Of a stretch of DNA of 64,000 nt, positions 1-11,756 are shown piece by piece. Made by a program: the position numbers and the translations under genes. Source of the stretch: Callorhinchus milii (Eukaryota). Numbering within the stretch: position 1 is the first letter of the stretch; each line of letters begins with the position of its first letter. The stretch is taken from assembly GCF_018977255.1 (NCBI RefSeq), contig NW_024704743.1, positions 6,388,001 to 6,452,000 of the forward strand. Reading direction: 5' to 3'. Under the pieces are notes generated by a model. That model was not told the origin of the DNA. It made no database searches and saw nothing but the letters and a program-made list of their open reading frames with translations.

Positions 1-59
1 AGGCTGAACATTCAGGGCAGGCTCGAGGGGCCGAATGGCCTACCCCTGCTCCTACTTCC

Positions 60-480
60 TATGTACTTGGACTGTTGTGTCTTGAAAAGAGGAGGGTAAG
101 GGGTGACCTGATAGAGGCCTTTAAAATGATGAGAGGTTTTAATAGGTTAGACATAGGGAAGATGTTTCCACTTGTGGGGGAGACCAAAACCAGGCGCCAT
201 CAATATAAGATAGTCACAAATAGATCAAATAGGGAAGTTAAAAAAGAAATTTCTTCTCACAGAGAGTAGTGGGAATGTGGAACATACTACCCACAAGGAG
301 TTGTTGAGGCAAGTAGATTAGATGTATTTAAGGGAAAACTAGAGAGGTACATGAGGGAGAAAGGAATAGAAGGTTATGCTTGAAGACTTAGTTGAGGAAG
401 GGCAGGAGGAGGCTCATGTGGAGCATAAACACCGGCGTAGACCAGTTGGGCCGAATGGCCTGTTTCTGTGCTGTATATTC
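60..480 (+). mobile_element. CR1 LINE 3' end
   Basis: LEKRRVRGDLIEAFK motif and 3' UTR ..gggccgaatggcctgtttctgtgctgta; near-identical tail at 23060-23243. Confidence 0.88.
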
Positions 481-3400
481 CAATATATTCTAAGGTAATA
501 ACAACTTGCATTGAGGGGTAGCATCTCAGAGTGCTTAACAGTGGTAGATTCTGAATCCGAGCGAGGGGGAAGTGACCATAAGCATGGTTGAACAGGAATA
601 TCTTCAGGTGTGATCTGAAAATGGGGAAGAAGGAGTGGGCCAGATGGAGGGAGGTGGGATAGCGTTCCAGAGTTCAGTGGCATATTGGCTTAAAGTATGA
701 CTGCCGATGGTGGAGCAGAGGGGAGGAGGGATCAGCAGGAAGTCGGAGCCAGCCAAGCCGAGGCGGCAGGCGGCGGAGTGAAGAGTAAGCATGTCGGACA
801 GACAGGGAGTTGCCAGGGTATGAAGGGATTTGTAGACGAATGTGAGGATCTTGGTCAATCCTTTCTGTGATTGGGTGCAGGTGAAGATTGGTGAGGACTG
901 ATGGGATGGGGACATGGAGTTTAGAGCTGGTGAGTATACGGGAAGTTTTAAATTAGTTGGATTTTGAAGGTAGTGGAGCTGGGGTTCCTGGGGAGCAGGT
1001 CATTGGAGTAGTGGGGACAGGAATGTGACAAGAGCGTGGACTCCTCTTTCCCTTCTCTAAAAAACAACCCTTGATCCCTCCAAACTCTCCAACCATTGGC
1101 CCATCTCCAACCTATCTTTCCTAACCTAATAGACAGTTCATTTAGTTCGGGGGAAGACCTCAGTGGTGTCTCAGCATCCCTGGTAGGAACAGATATTACT
1201 CACTGTCACTGTGAGTGGTTAGTATTGCAGACCCCTCTTATGCCTCACTCTCACCTGCAGTTTCCCTCCCATCTCCATCACAACTTAAAGCACTGAGTCT
1301 ACGCCCTCATTCTTCCTTGGCCTGTGCCAAAGCTTTTATACTGCTAAAGCTCTCCCTCCCCACCAACCAGGACAGTCCAAAGCCCCCTTATAATAAACTC
1401 ATTGTTTATCGGACCCCAAATTGCCAATCCCAAAACTCTGTTACATTAGTAAAAAAAGTTGCTGAATCAGATGTATATGAATCACAGTTTCATGAAATGT
1501 TCAAGATTATGAAGGATAACGATACGGTGAATTGGACATCTTTTTGGGACGTCTTCCCGATGTGAAAAGTGCTATGCAAAATGTTAGTGTTATTGTTACT
1601 ATTCTCATTATGAAGCAAAGTTTTACCTATGACAAAGTGTATTGGAATCCTTAGATTTCCACACAAAACAATGTACTGTTTTAGGAGGAGTACTGAATAG
1701 AGAGACTGGAAAGTGGAGATTGGAGAGAGAGAGAAAAGCATCAGAATAAATAATTGTTCTTTTTGGTAACAAATATCGAAGCATATCCTAAAACAAGCAC
1801 AAAGAAGAAATCTGTAATCAATCAATAATTACTTATTGAGTCAGTAAAGAGAAGGCATACATTTCAGACAATAAGAAAAAGAATTAAAGGGAAGGTTAGA
1901 AAAATATTCTTTACACAGAGTGTTTGGGATGTTACAAAACCATAGCTTTTAAAACTCATCATTACAAGTTGAAGTTTGTTTTTAAATTCCCACTAGATTC
2001 AGTTTATATACTGAACCCTTCTTTATTACTGACAGCCACATACCAGCAACAACATCAGTATATTGCTTCAGGTATTTTTCCTCTGTTTGTCAATTAGCGG
2101 ATTGCTTTCCAGGGGTAATAATCCCTTAAAAATAACAATAATAATAAATTGGTCGCTTCAATCCTGCAATTAGTTGCCACATTCCGGCCAAGAATATACA
2201 GAAAACTCACTTTGCGGTATATTCTGTAAGTGCTTTGAGACGTCTTGAAGACGTAATAAGGCGCTGCATCAAATGCAATGATTATTATTTATTGCTATAG
2301 TTGAAGCTAGTTTCATAAATTATTTTGAAAGGTAGATGCCTGCCGAAGAGGAGTATGAAAGAGCATAGGAAACAAGCAGAAAATGGGATTAGATTAATTA
2401 TCGTCCTTGGGGGAGAGGTATGCAAGGGTCTCCTTGGAGCTGAACTGGCTCCAAGGTGACATGTTTGGCAATGGAATGTGGGAATGTGGTGGTCTCGGTA
2501 CTCCTATTCCTGAGCCAGATAGGTCTGTAGTGCTCCAGGGCTGTGACTGCACAGCCAGCCTGGCTCATCAGCAGGACTTGAAAGGGAAGAACAGTCACTG
2601 GGGGCGGGGAATCCTCCCTCTCAGCTCATGCTAACCCTGCAAGCCAATTCCCTAACGTGTAGGGTGGTGCTAGCTGGACAAGCAGCAGAAAAACTTGCCA
2701 GATAGCAATACCAATGGCAAGCCATGTGGTTTTGGCTGGTTACAGTCCAGCAGTACACCAATGCACACTCTCGAGTCATCAAGCCTTAGCTCTTGACAAC
2801 TTGCACTTAATACTTTCCAGAATTTGCTGAGTGTGTTGGGACTTCATTAATAAACTTCAGCCACCGCTGATAAAGTACATTTTCTGGTGCCTCGTCACCT
2901 CAAAAATAATAATCAAGCCTAATGGCAGAAGGTGTTTGAATATGATTTTCTTCTAACTTCATTTCCTCATTAGGTATCTGCCTTCAGCCTGGTGGTAAGA
3001 AACTGTAGGAAGAAACTGTAGTTTCTTCAGTAAGAAACTCAGAATACCATGTGTACTATTCTTTTGAGCTTTGAGCTTCTAAGGCAACATAATAATCGGC
3101 TACGTTTGGTCTGGTATTTGTTTGACTTTGGGCTACAAACATATTTTAATTTCCTGGCAACCCTGCTTGCACATCGACCGACCTCAGGTCACCTCTGACC
3201 TTCTCAACTTCATAACCCAAAGCAGGGTGACCGCACATCCCCATTTTCTGAGGACAGTCCCGGATGAGGAATTGTGTCCCTGGCTAAATTTGCATTTCTT
3301 ATTGGGAGGATGTCCCAAAGCACTTCATCGGATTTACTATGAAGTGAGTTGACTGTAACAGCCAATTTGTGCACAACAATGTCCTAAAACAACCATGAAG

Positions 3401-3589
3401 TAAATTACCAATTTTATTTGGGGAATTGCTGTCCAGGACACCGGGAGAAATTCCCTTCACTTTTTGAATAATGCCATGGGATCTTTAACATCCACCTGAA
3501 CAGCCAGCCGGGGACTTGGATAAACATGTCATCCGAAGGACTGCTCCTCCAGTATATTGGATACTAATTGATAAATAAGGACCAATTGA

Positions 3590-4201
3590 CGCATCGCCTG
3601 TCTCTCCGAAAGCTGCTGAAACCCTGGTCAATGTCTTTGTCACCTCTCGGCTGGACTGCTCAAAAGCCCTCCTCACCGGCCTCCCCTCCACTACCATCCA
3701 TAAAATCCAGATTATTCAAAACTGTGCTGCCCGCATTCTCATCCGCACCAAACTCTGCTCCCCAATCACCCCAGTCCTTGCCAGACTGCGCTGGCTGCCT
3801 GTCCCAGAGAGGATCGTCTTCAAGATCCTCACCCTTGTCTTCAAATCCCTCCACTCCTCTGCACCACTCTCTCTGAACTCCTCTCTCCTCAAAACAGTGC
3901 CCGTTGCTTTCGTTCCTCTGGGTCTGGCCTCCTCCTTATCCCCTGAGTCCTCCTCTCCAGCCTTGGTGGCTGTGCCTTCAGCCACTACGCCCCGAAGCTC
4001 TGGAACTCCCTTCCTCACTCCCTTCGCCTCGCCCCCTCTCTTCCTATTTTCAGGTCTCGGCTGAAGACCTTTCTTTTCGACTGTGCCTTTGGTTACCTTC
4101 CTCTCCCGCCCCCTGGCTCATCCCCGGAATCCGTTACTGTGAAGCGCTCTGAGACGCCGTCTGGCGTGGAGGGCGCTATATAAATCCAAGTTGTTGTTGT
4201 T
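3590..4201 (+). mobile_element. L2 3' fragment, second subfamily
   Basis: L2 C-terminal coding remnant, tail GCGCTCTGAGACGCCGTCTGGCGTGGAGGGCGC plus (TTG)n; same subfamily at 30590-30795 and 32615-32726. Confidence 0.85.
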
Positions 4202-4931
4202 AACTAGGACCAATGGAAAGAAATCAGGAGGGAGAGAAAGCAGAAAGAACTGAGTAAAGGGTGCTTGGTGTGACTGTTGGATTTTGTAACTAAAATGAAA
4301 GAGTGTTCTACACATGGTTTGTTGAGAACATAACACAGCAGTGCAATACCCCCCATCACCCCACATTGGACCAGAGTCGTCTTAGACTGGGTAGGTCCAA
4401 CTGGCAGCCCTCGAGCCGAATCCGGTTCTGGGGGATGATTTCATCCAACCTGGAAACCATTTCCAATTTCTGGCCACCTGGCCCCAAACCCGCACGCCGC
4501 GAATGGTCCCCTCATTACAACAGCAGCAGCAGGGCGGGGTTTCGGCCGTACTCCCCCGGCGCCACCCCAGCTCCACCCTCATCTCGCGAAATCGCCCACC
4601 TGCAAAATCGTGCGGGGAACCAGGGCGGGGTTTCGGCCGCACTCCCCCTTTCTCGCGAGAATTTGCCTTCTACTGTTCGGGGAGTAGGCGTAAGAGCGCT
4701 CGGCTGCAGCGCGTGCTTTGAGCAAAGCCGAGCGCGAGCGGAAGCCATTGGGGATGAGCAGCATGTGCTCCACACTCCACCCCACACACACACTAACCTT
4801 CCGTCCCCCCCTGCCCTCCATCCTTCCTGAACCCCAGCTCGGTTCCGAAACACTGATTGTCCAGCACATTGGGACGGCCTCCCACCCTGAAAGGCACTAT
4901 ACACATGTAATTGTTGTTGTTGTTCGAATCA

Positions 4932-7900
4932 ACAACAACAACAACAACAAGATTCCATTTATAGAGCGCCTTTCACGTCAGGAGGACGTCCCAAGGCGCT
5001 GCACAGTTGGGTCATGACCCGAGCAGGGGGGAAATGGTCAGGGTGAGGGGAGGGAAGGGAGGGAGAGAGGAGGGGGGAAATGGTCAGGGTGAGGGGAGGG
5101 AAGGGAGGGAGCGAGGAGGAGGAAGAGAGTCGAGAGGGGAGCTGAAGGCACGGTCAAAGAGAAAGGTTTTGAGACCGGCCTTGAAGGAGGAAAGGGAGGA
5201 AGCAAGGCGAAGGCACTGGGGGATGGAGTTCCAGAGCCTCGGGGCTGAGAGGCTGAAGGCCCGACCACCGATGGTAGGGCGGTTGGGGCGGGGGACGTGG
5301 AGCAGACCGGAGCCAGAGGAACGGAGGGTACGGGCAGGTAGGGGGATAGTAGGTTGGAGAGGTAGGAGGGAGCAAGGCCGTGAATGGCCTTGTAGGTGAG
5401 GATGAGGATCTTGAAATCAATCCTCTGGGGGATGGGGAGCCAGTGGAGGCGAGCGAGGGTGGGAGTGATGTGGTCCCGAAGCCTGGTGCGGGACAGTACA
5501 CGAGCTGCAGAGTTCTGAATGACCTGCAGCTTGTGGAGGGAGGTGGCGGGAAGGCCGGCGAGGAGAGAGTTCCCATAGTCCAGCCTTGAGGTGACAAAGG
5601 CGTGAACCAGGGTTTCAGCAGCGTGAGGGGTGAGGTAGTGCCGTAATCTGGCGATATTCCGGAGGTGATGGAAGGCGGTGCCAGTTGTGGTGCGGATGTG
5701 AGGGAGAAAGGACAGCTCAGGGTCGAACAAAACGCCGAGGTTCCTGACTGGCTTTGAGAGGTGGAGAGTGCAGCCTTGGATGCTGATGGTGTCAGCGCCT
5801 GAGGTGCGGAGGCGCTGACGTGAGCCAATCAGGAGGGCCTCGGTTTTTCGCACGTTGAGCTGAAGAAAGTTGTCTCTCGTCCAGGACTCGATGTCGGACA
5901 GGCAGGCTGTCAGGACATCGGTGGTCGTGGAGTTGAGAGTAGAGGAGGAAAGGTAGAGTTGGGTGTCATCCGCATACATGTGGAAGTTAACCCCATGTTT
6001 GCGGATGATGTCACCAAGGGGGAGCATATAGAGGGTGAAGAGGAGGGGACCGAGGACAGAGCCCTGAGGGACACCACATGAGACAGTACGGGGGGTGGAG
6101 GAGAAGCCATTCGTTGAGACGAAGTGAAGACGGTGGGAAAGGTAAGAGCTAAACCATTCAAGGACAGTGCCTTGAAGGTTGAGGTGGGAGGACAAGCGGT
6201 GGAGTAGGATAGCGTGGTCGACCGTATCGAATGCTGCCGATAGGTCGAGGAGGACGAGGAGACAGAGGGAGCCCTGGTCACAGATGGTCAGGATATCATT
6301 GGTGACCTTGACCAGGGCAGTTTCTGTGCTATGAGCAGCACGGAAACCTGACTGAAGGGGTTCAAAAAGAGAATGGGTGGAGAGGAAAGAGCGCAGTTGG
6401 GAGGCGACAACTCTTTCCAAGACCTTGGAGAGAAAGGGGAGGTTGGAGATGGGCCGGTAGCTTGATAGCTGCGACGCATCAAGGGAGGGTTTTTTCAGGG
6501 TGGGCGTGATGATGGCAGTTTTTAATGGAATGGGGACAGAGCCAGAGGAGAGGGACAGGTTTATGATGTCAGTGATGTGTGGGGCAAGAAAATGGAGCTG
6601 GGAGATAAGGAGTGGAGTGGGGATGGGGTCAAGGGAGCAGGTGGTTGGTTTTAGGGATAGGATGAGTTCAGTGACAGAGGGTGGGGAAACGGGTACGAAG
6701 GTGTGTAGGGGAGGATGGGTAGGAGTCGGAGTGTGGGAGGGAAGGGGTGGGTGGTGGGTGGAAGTTGGAGGGGAAGTGACCGCGGAGCGGATTCCCTTGA
6801 TCTTGGATTCAAGGAAATCCAGCATCTCCTCGCAGTGAAGGTTGGAGGAGATGACCTGCGCGGGGTGGCGGGGGGGACGGAGGAGTCGGGATGTGGTGGA
6901 AAACAGTAGCCTGGGGTTGTTCTTCGCCTCCAGGATTATCCTGGAGTAGAAGGACGACTTGGCCGAGGCTAGAGTGGAGCGGTAAATTTTGAGGAGGTCC
7001 AGCCAGATTTGTCGGTGGACCGTTAGGCCAGATTTGACACAGGTGCGTTCAGCAGCCCGCACCTGGCTTTTCAGTGAGCGGAGGTGGGTGGTGTACCAGG
7101 GGGAGGAGCGGGAGTAGGAGACAGTGCGGGAAGTGATGGGGGCAAGAGTATCGAGTGTGGAGGAGAGGATATTGTGGAGGAGGGAGAGAGGAGAAGAGGG
7201 GTCGGTGAGGGTTGAAGGCCAGAGGGAGAGGAGTTCAGAGGACTCCAAGGCATCGGTTAGGGATTGTGGGGGTAACTTCTTCCAAGGGCGGTAGAAGATG
7301 GTGGTGGGTCTGGTGGAGGTGGGGAGGGGGGTGGAGGTGGTGAAGGAGATGAAGTAGTGGTCGGAGATGGCCTTGTCGGTAATAGTGACATCCGAGACAC
7401 TGAGGCCCCGGGTGATCACCAAATCGAGTGGGTGGCCGTGACTGTGAGTGGGGGAGTTTATGTGTAGGGAAAGGTTGAGTGAGGAGAGCAGGGAAGAGAA
7501 GTCTGTGGAGATGGAGCAGGAGGGGGTGAAGTGTAGGTTAAAGTCGCCCAGGATGATGAGGCGATCAGAGGAGAGGCAAAGAGATGTGAGGAGTGTTGAA
7601 ATGTCAGAGATGAAGGTGGGAGAGGTTTTAGGGGGCCGGTAGAGGAGGAGGATTTTAAGGGAGAGGAATGAGGGGTGGGAGAGGGTGAGGTGCTCGAAGG
7701 AGGGGAAAGAGCCAGAGGAGTAGGGGGATAGGGCAAGTGGTGTCCTTGAGATAAGGGCAACACCACCGCCACGGCGGTTGGGGCGGGGGATGTGGTGGGA
7801 GGTGTAGCCGGGTGGCGTGGCCTCCGTGAGGGGGAAGGTGTCGCCTGGGGTGAGCCACGTTTCTGTCAAGGCCATGATATCAACGTTCTCATCAAGGATG

Positions 7901-8399
7901 AGATCGTTGATGACCAGGGCCTTGTTGCAGAGGGAGCGGACATTTTGCAGTCCGATGTGGAGGGAGCGGTTGACAGAAGGGTGTGTGGGAGGGGAGGGGG
8001 GTCCAGGTTGTGAGGCAGGGGTGGGGGGAATGGGGATGAGGGAGGAGAGGTTGACTCCCCGGGTCTGTGTCCGGGGTGGCTGGCGAGAGTGGTGGGGAAT
8101 GGGGCAGTCGGTGTGGCTGCTGCTGGACAGCCAACGCCGAGTGCCACGGTGAGCCCGGCGGAGGATTCCCAGGCTGGAGCAGAGGGAGGTTGTGGGAGGG
8201 TCAAGTGGGGATAGAAGACGAGAGGGACGGAGAGAGAGGAGGAGAGAGCGGGAGAGATGGAGAGGGGGGAGGGTTTGGGGGGAGAGAGGAGGGGGGAGGG
8301 AGGGAGGGGGTGAGGGGGCTCGGGTCAAAGCGGCAGCCATAGTGCGCACGCGGGGACCGGGAGCGAGCGGTCAGGTGGATGGCATTATCCCGTAGATCC
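4932..8399 (-). mobile_element. Apparently full-length single-ORF L2-clade LINE
   Basis: Direct repeat cgaatca at 4925-4931 and 8400-8406 (TSD); (TTG)n tail; 3' stem-loop GCGCCTT..ACGTC-CTCCT-GACGT..AAGGCGC; one long APE+RT ORF. Confidence 0.93.
5084..8340 (-). CDS. L2 ORF: apurinic-like endonuclease + reverse transcriptase, frameshifted at ~5337
   Basis: APE motifs LQNVRSL, LTETWL, GGGVA, YRPP, GDFN, LDLV, SDH; RT motifs [34 protein letters not shown]. The L2-type C-terminus (GRAFS..APRLWN..FK..LKTFLF) continues in another frame after ~5337. Confidence 0.93.
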
Positions 8400-10394
8400 C
8401 GAATCACATCAGAAGCTAACCTGCGCTGGGGCTGGGAGTGTCGATCGCTGTGAGATGACTTTCCCACATGAAAATGAAGATGTTTCAATGTTATGTTAAT
8501 ATTTCTGGAAAGGAAACAACAAAATATTGCTTATGAGGCCCGCGACCTTTCTCAAATCTGGCATCCAGCCCTCAGCAGCCAAAGGGTTGGACCAGCCTGT
8601 CTTAGTTGATGTGAGGTCAAGTCATGTGGGGCTTGAACCCACTATATGGGCCATAAAATAGTCCGTGTCAGAGTGGACTCAATAGACTGACTGGTCTTCT
8701 GTTCCTGATTGCCTATGTACGTGTTAGTCTTCATTGGCCGGTAGGTGGCAATCGGATTACTCGCAAGGCCAGTGGTAAGTACAGTATTGTCTGCTTTGGG
8801 CAGCATATTTGATTGATGTGATAATTATTCTATCACAGGTTATACTACATGTTGAGGTTTGGATCTCACAAAGGTAATGCTGTTACTGAAGCAAACATGG
8901 CAGAGGTATTGACCAGCAATATTCCAAACAATAAAAAAAAAGGAGTCAATTAAACTAGTTATTTGAGATGAATTTTGCTGCAGAAGGGGATATTAGCCAG
9001 AATGACCTCAAGAAATTTCCTACGCGTCTTTGAAATTGTGGTTTGGGATCTTTGAACATCCACTTGCATCACAAAACAAATCAGTCCTTGGTTTAACAAT
9101 CATTCCAATATCAAATCATCTGGAATGATAAGTAATATTGTTTTATATAATGCTCAACTCAGGCACTCAAAGTCCTCAGGTCAAATGTTTCCACTGTGAT
9201 CTGCAGTATGCTACTTACAGAACATGCTGTTCCCCTAACACACAATGTTTGGACTGTTGGTTAATTTGATGCTAATTTAATCCTAGTATTACTTCCTGTG
9301 CATTTTCCAAATAGGTAGTATCTGTTGTAATTAAGTTCTCAATTCACAAATTTCTAAAATATAAATCAAATATCCAAGGTCTATAGTTTACCTCTTGGTT
9401 GTGTTTCATTATGTTGACATCAAAGTTCTTAGCGCTATTGAAGTTTAAATAATAATCATGTGCAAATTGCACAAACATGGATTTTACCTAACTTATTTGA
9501 AGTGTGAACAGTATTTTATAATCACAATACACTTCCTCCCCGCTTTACTCTCGGGGCATCTGTTACAAGCCAGAAATGTTACCATCCAAATGTTTTAGCT
9601 TCATCGTATTTAAAGGCATTGGCACCACTCAGAATCAGTCACACTTGGAAAATGAGTGGAATAATAATTTTATTATAAATAATAATAATCATTGCATTTG
9701 ATATAGCGCCTTATGGCATCATCTGGACAAATAAAAAAAGGTCAGAGGAAGTATTGTAAAGTAGTTTGTGTGGGGTGAAATGTGGCAGCCAGTTGCACAC
9801 AGTAATGTCCCACAAACAGCCATGGAGTGAGTGACCAGTTTTATTTGGAGGTCATCCTCACGAGACCGAGTTCTGCGTGGGTTGAAGAAAGTTCTCAAGC
9901 AGTTGTACAATGGCATTGCTCAAAAGGAGAAGGGATCTTCTCCTAATATCCTGGGCAACATTCCTCCAGCTAATTCATACTTGCATTCAAATATACAGTC
10001 ACAGCAGTTGGCAATAATTACCGGTAAAGCATTTTGAGACATTTCTACGTTATAGTTGCTATATCAAAATTAAGGTTTGTTTTAAAATTTCTATCCCACC
10101 TAAAATGTTTCAGGAAATGAGTTTAATGTTGACATCTCAAATGAACAGTCTTAGTCCTCAGTTTTAAATAAGGAAAATAAGGTGATGGTTTATTATTATT
10201 AATAATTCTTATAATCCTTTCATTTGGTATAATGTCTTTCAAGTTAGGTGATGTCTCAAAGAGCTTCACTGTGTATTTATTGTGCAGTGCTGCTGTGTAT
10301 TTGTAGCAAAATGCAACAGCCCATTTGCACATAGCAATGTGCCACAAACAGCCAGAAAATGAATGACAATCTGTGCATCTGAATTTGATGATGT

Positions 10395-11335
10395 CAACCG
10401 CTGGCATGGGGTTAATTTCCACATGCATTCAGGTGACACCCATCTCTATCTCTCTGGCTCCACCCTCGACTCCAGGATCACTGCTATCCTGACGGATTAT
10501 CTGTCAGACATCAAGTCCCAGATGAGAGCCAACTTTCTCCAGCTGAACATTGACAAGTCTGAGGCCCTCCTGCTTGGCTCTCATCAGTGCCTTCTCACTT
10601 CAGGTGCTGATTGCATCAGCATCCACATCTGCAATCCCCACCATACATAGCTAGTACAGAACTGTGGTTCCTGTTTGATGCTTAATTCTCCTTTGAACCA
10701 CACATCTGGGCAAAGATCCATTCAACCTTCCCCCACCTCTGCAACATTGCCGCCTCCGCCACTGCCTTTCCCCTCAGGCCACCGAGATCCTCATTCATCA
10801 CGTCCAGGTTCAACTACGCTAACTCCCTGCTCACCAAACTCTTTCCTCCACAAGCTGCAAAATAATCAGAACTCTGCAACTCGTGTTCTGTCCCTTACCA
10901 AGCTCTGCGAATTGATTACTCTCATCCTTGCCCAGCTCTACTGGCTCCGTGTCCCCCAGATTTTTTATTTTAAATTCCTCGTCCTCACTTTTAAAGCCCT
11001 CCATGATCTCTGCAACCTATCAACACCAGATCACACTGTCATTCCCTCTGCTTGACCAGCACTAGCCTGCTCCAAGTCCCATTTAATGGTTGGGCCTTCA
11101 GTTTTTGTATCCACGCCCTCTGAACTCCATCCTGGAATCCCTCTGCCTTATCCTCTCTGTTGCCTCTTTCAAGCCTCGTCTCAAGACTTTCCTCTTTCGG
11201 CCACCCTCCCACCCCTTACCTCTAACCCTCTTGAATCCAACTCCTATCTCGGGTGCAAACCTTGACTGTCCAGCACCTTCAGATCTCCTTTCAATGTGAA
11301 AGGTGCTATATAAATGTAATCTTATTGTTATTGTT
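10395..11335 (+). mobile_element. Decayed L2 3' fragment
   Basis: HGVNFHMHSGDTHLYLS..ANFLQLN and an L2-type tail; similar relics at 505-1040 (-), 13200-13520 (-), 22468-23050 (+), 63005-63285 (-). Confidence 0.85.
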
Positions 11336-11756
11336 AACCAGTTCCAGCTGTCAATTACTCTCTGTAAAAAAAAGCTTTCCTGTTCTAAGTTTCCCTTCAT
11401 AACCATGACACTGATGTCCTCTTGTCTTGCTTCTTTTTATTTAAAACTTAAATCACAATTGCAGTACATTTGAATTGTATTAGTGTTGAAACATAAGAAA
11501 TATTGCTATAACATGATTGGCTACGTCCAACGTGTCACTGACTGGGTTATAATTCAAATGTGATAAAATGGTCAACTTCAGGTCAATAATCTTAATAACA
11601 GCGGGGTTCAACCCATCGAAAGTTTGTTTTATAATTTCTATCTTTTATCTGCATGCGGACCATTGCTGATTTATGATCGATTCACCATAGCGTAGACAAG
11701 CTATATTCTACTGTAGGATTAACCAACACTATAGATTTGACAGCAGGTTGTTTGGA

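Larger units (their letters stand above)
4388..8599. mobile_element. Non-autonomous hAT (Charlie-like) element hosting two L2 insertions
   Basis: Termini tgggtaggtccaac (4388) and gttggaccagcctg (8599) are imperfect inverted repeats; flanking 8-mers tcttagac/tcttagtt match 6/8; GGCCC-type subterminal motifs. Confidence 0.65.

Noticed and set aside
5007..8395. Numerous plus-strand and alternate-frame ORFs over the L2
   Set aside because: Shadow ORFs caused by the extreme C/G strand skew of the L2 coding sequence.
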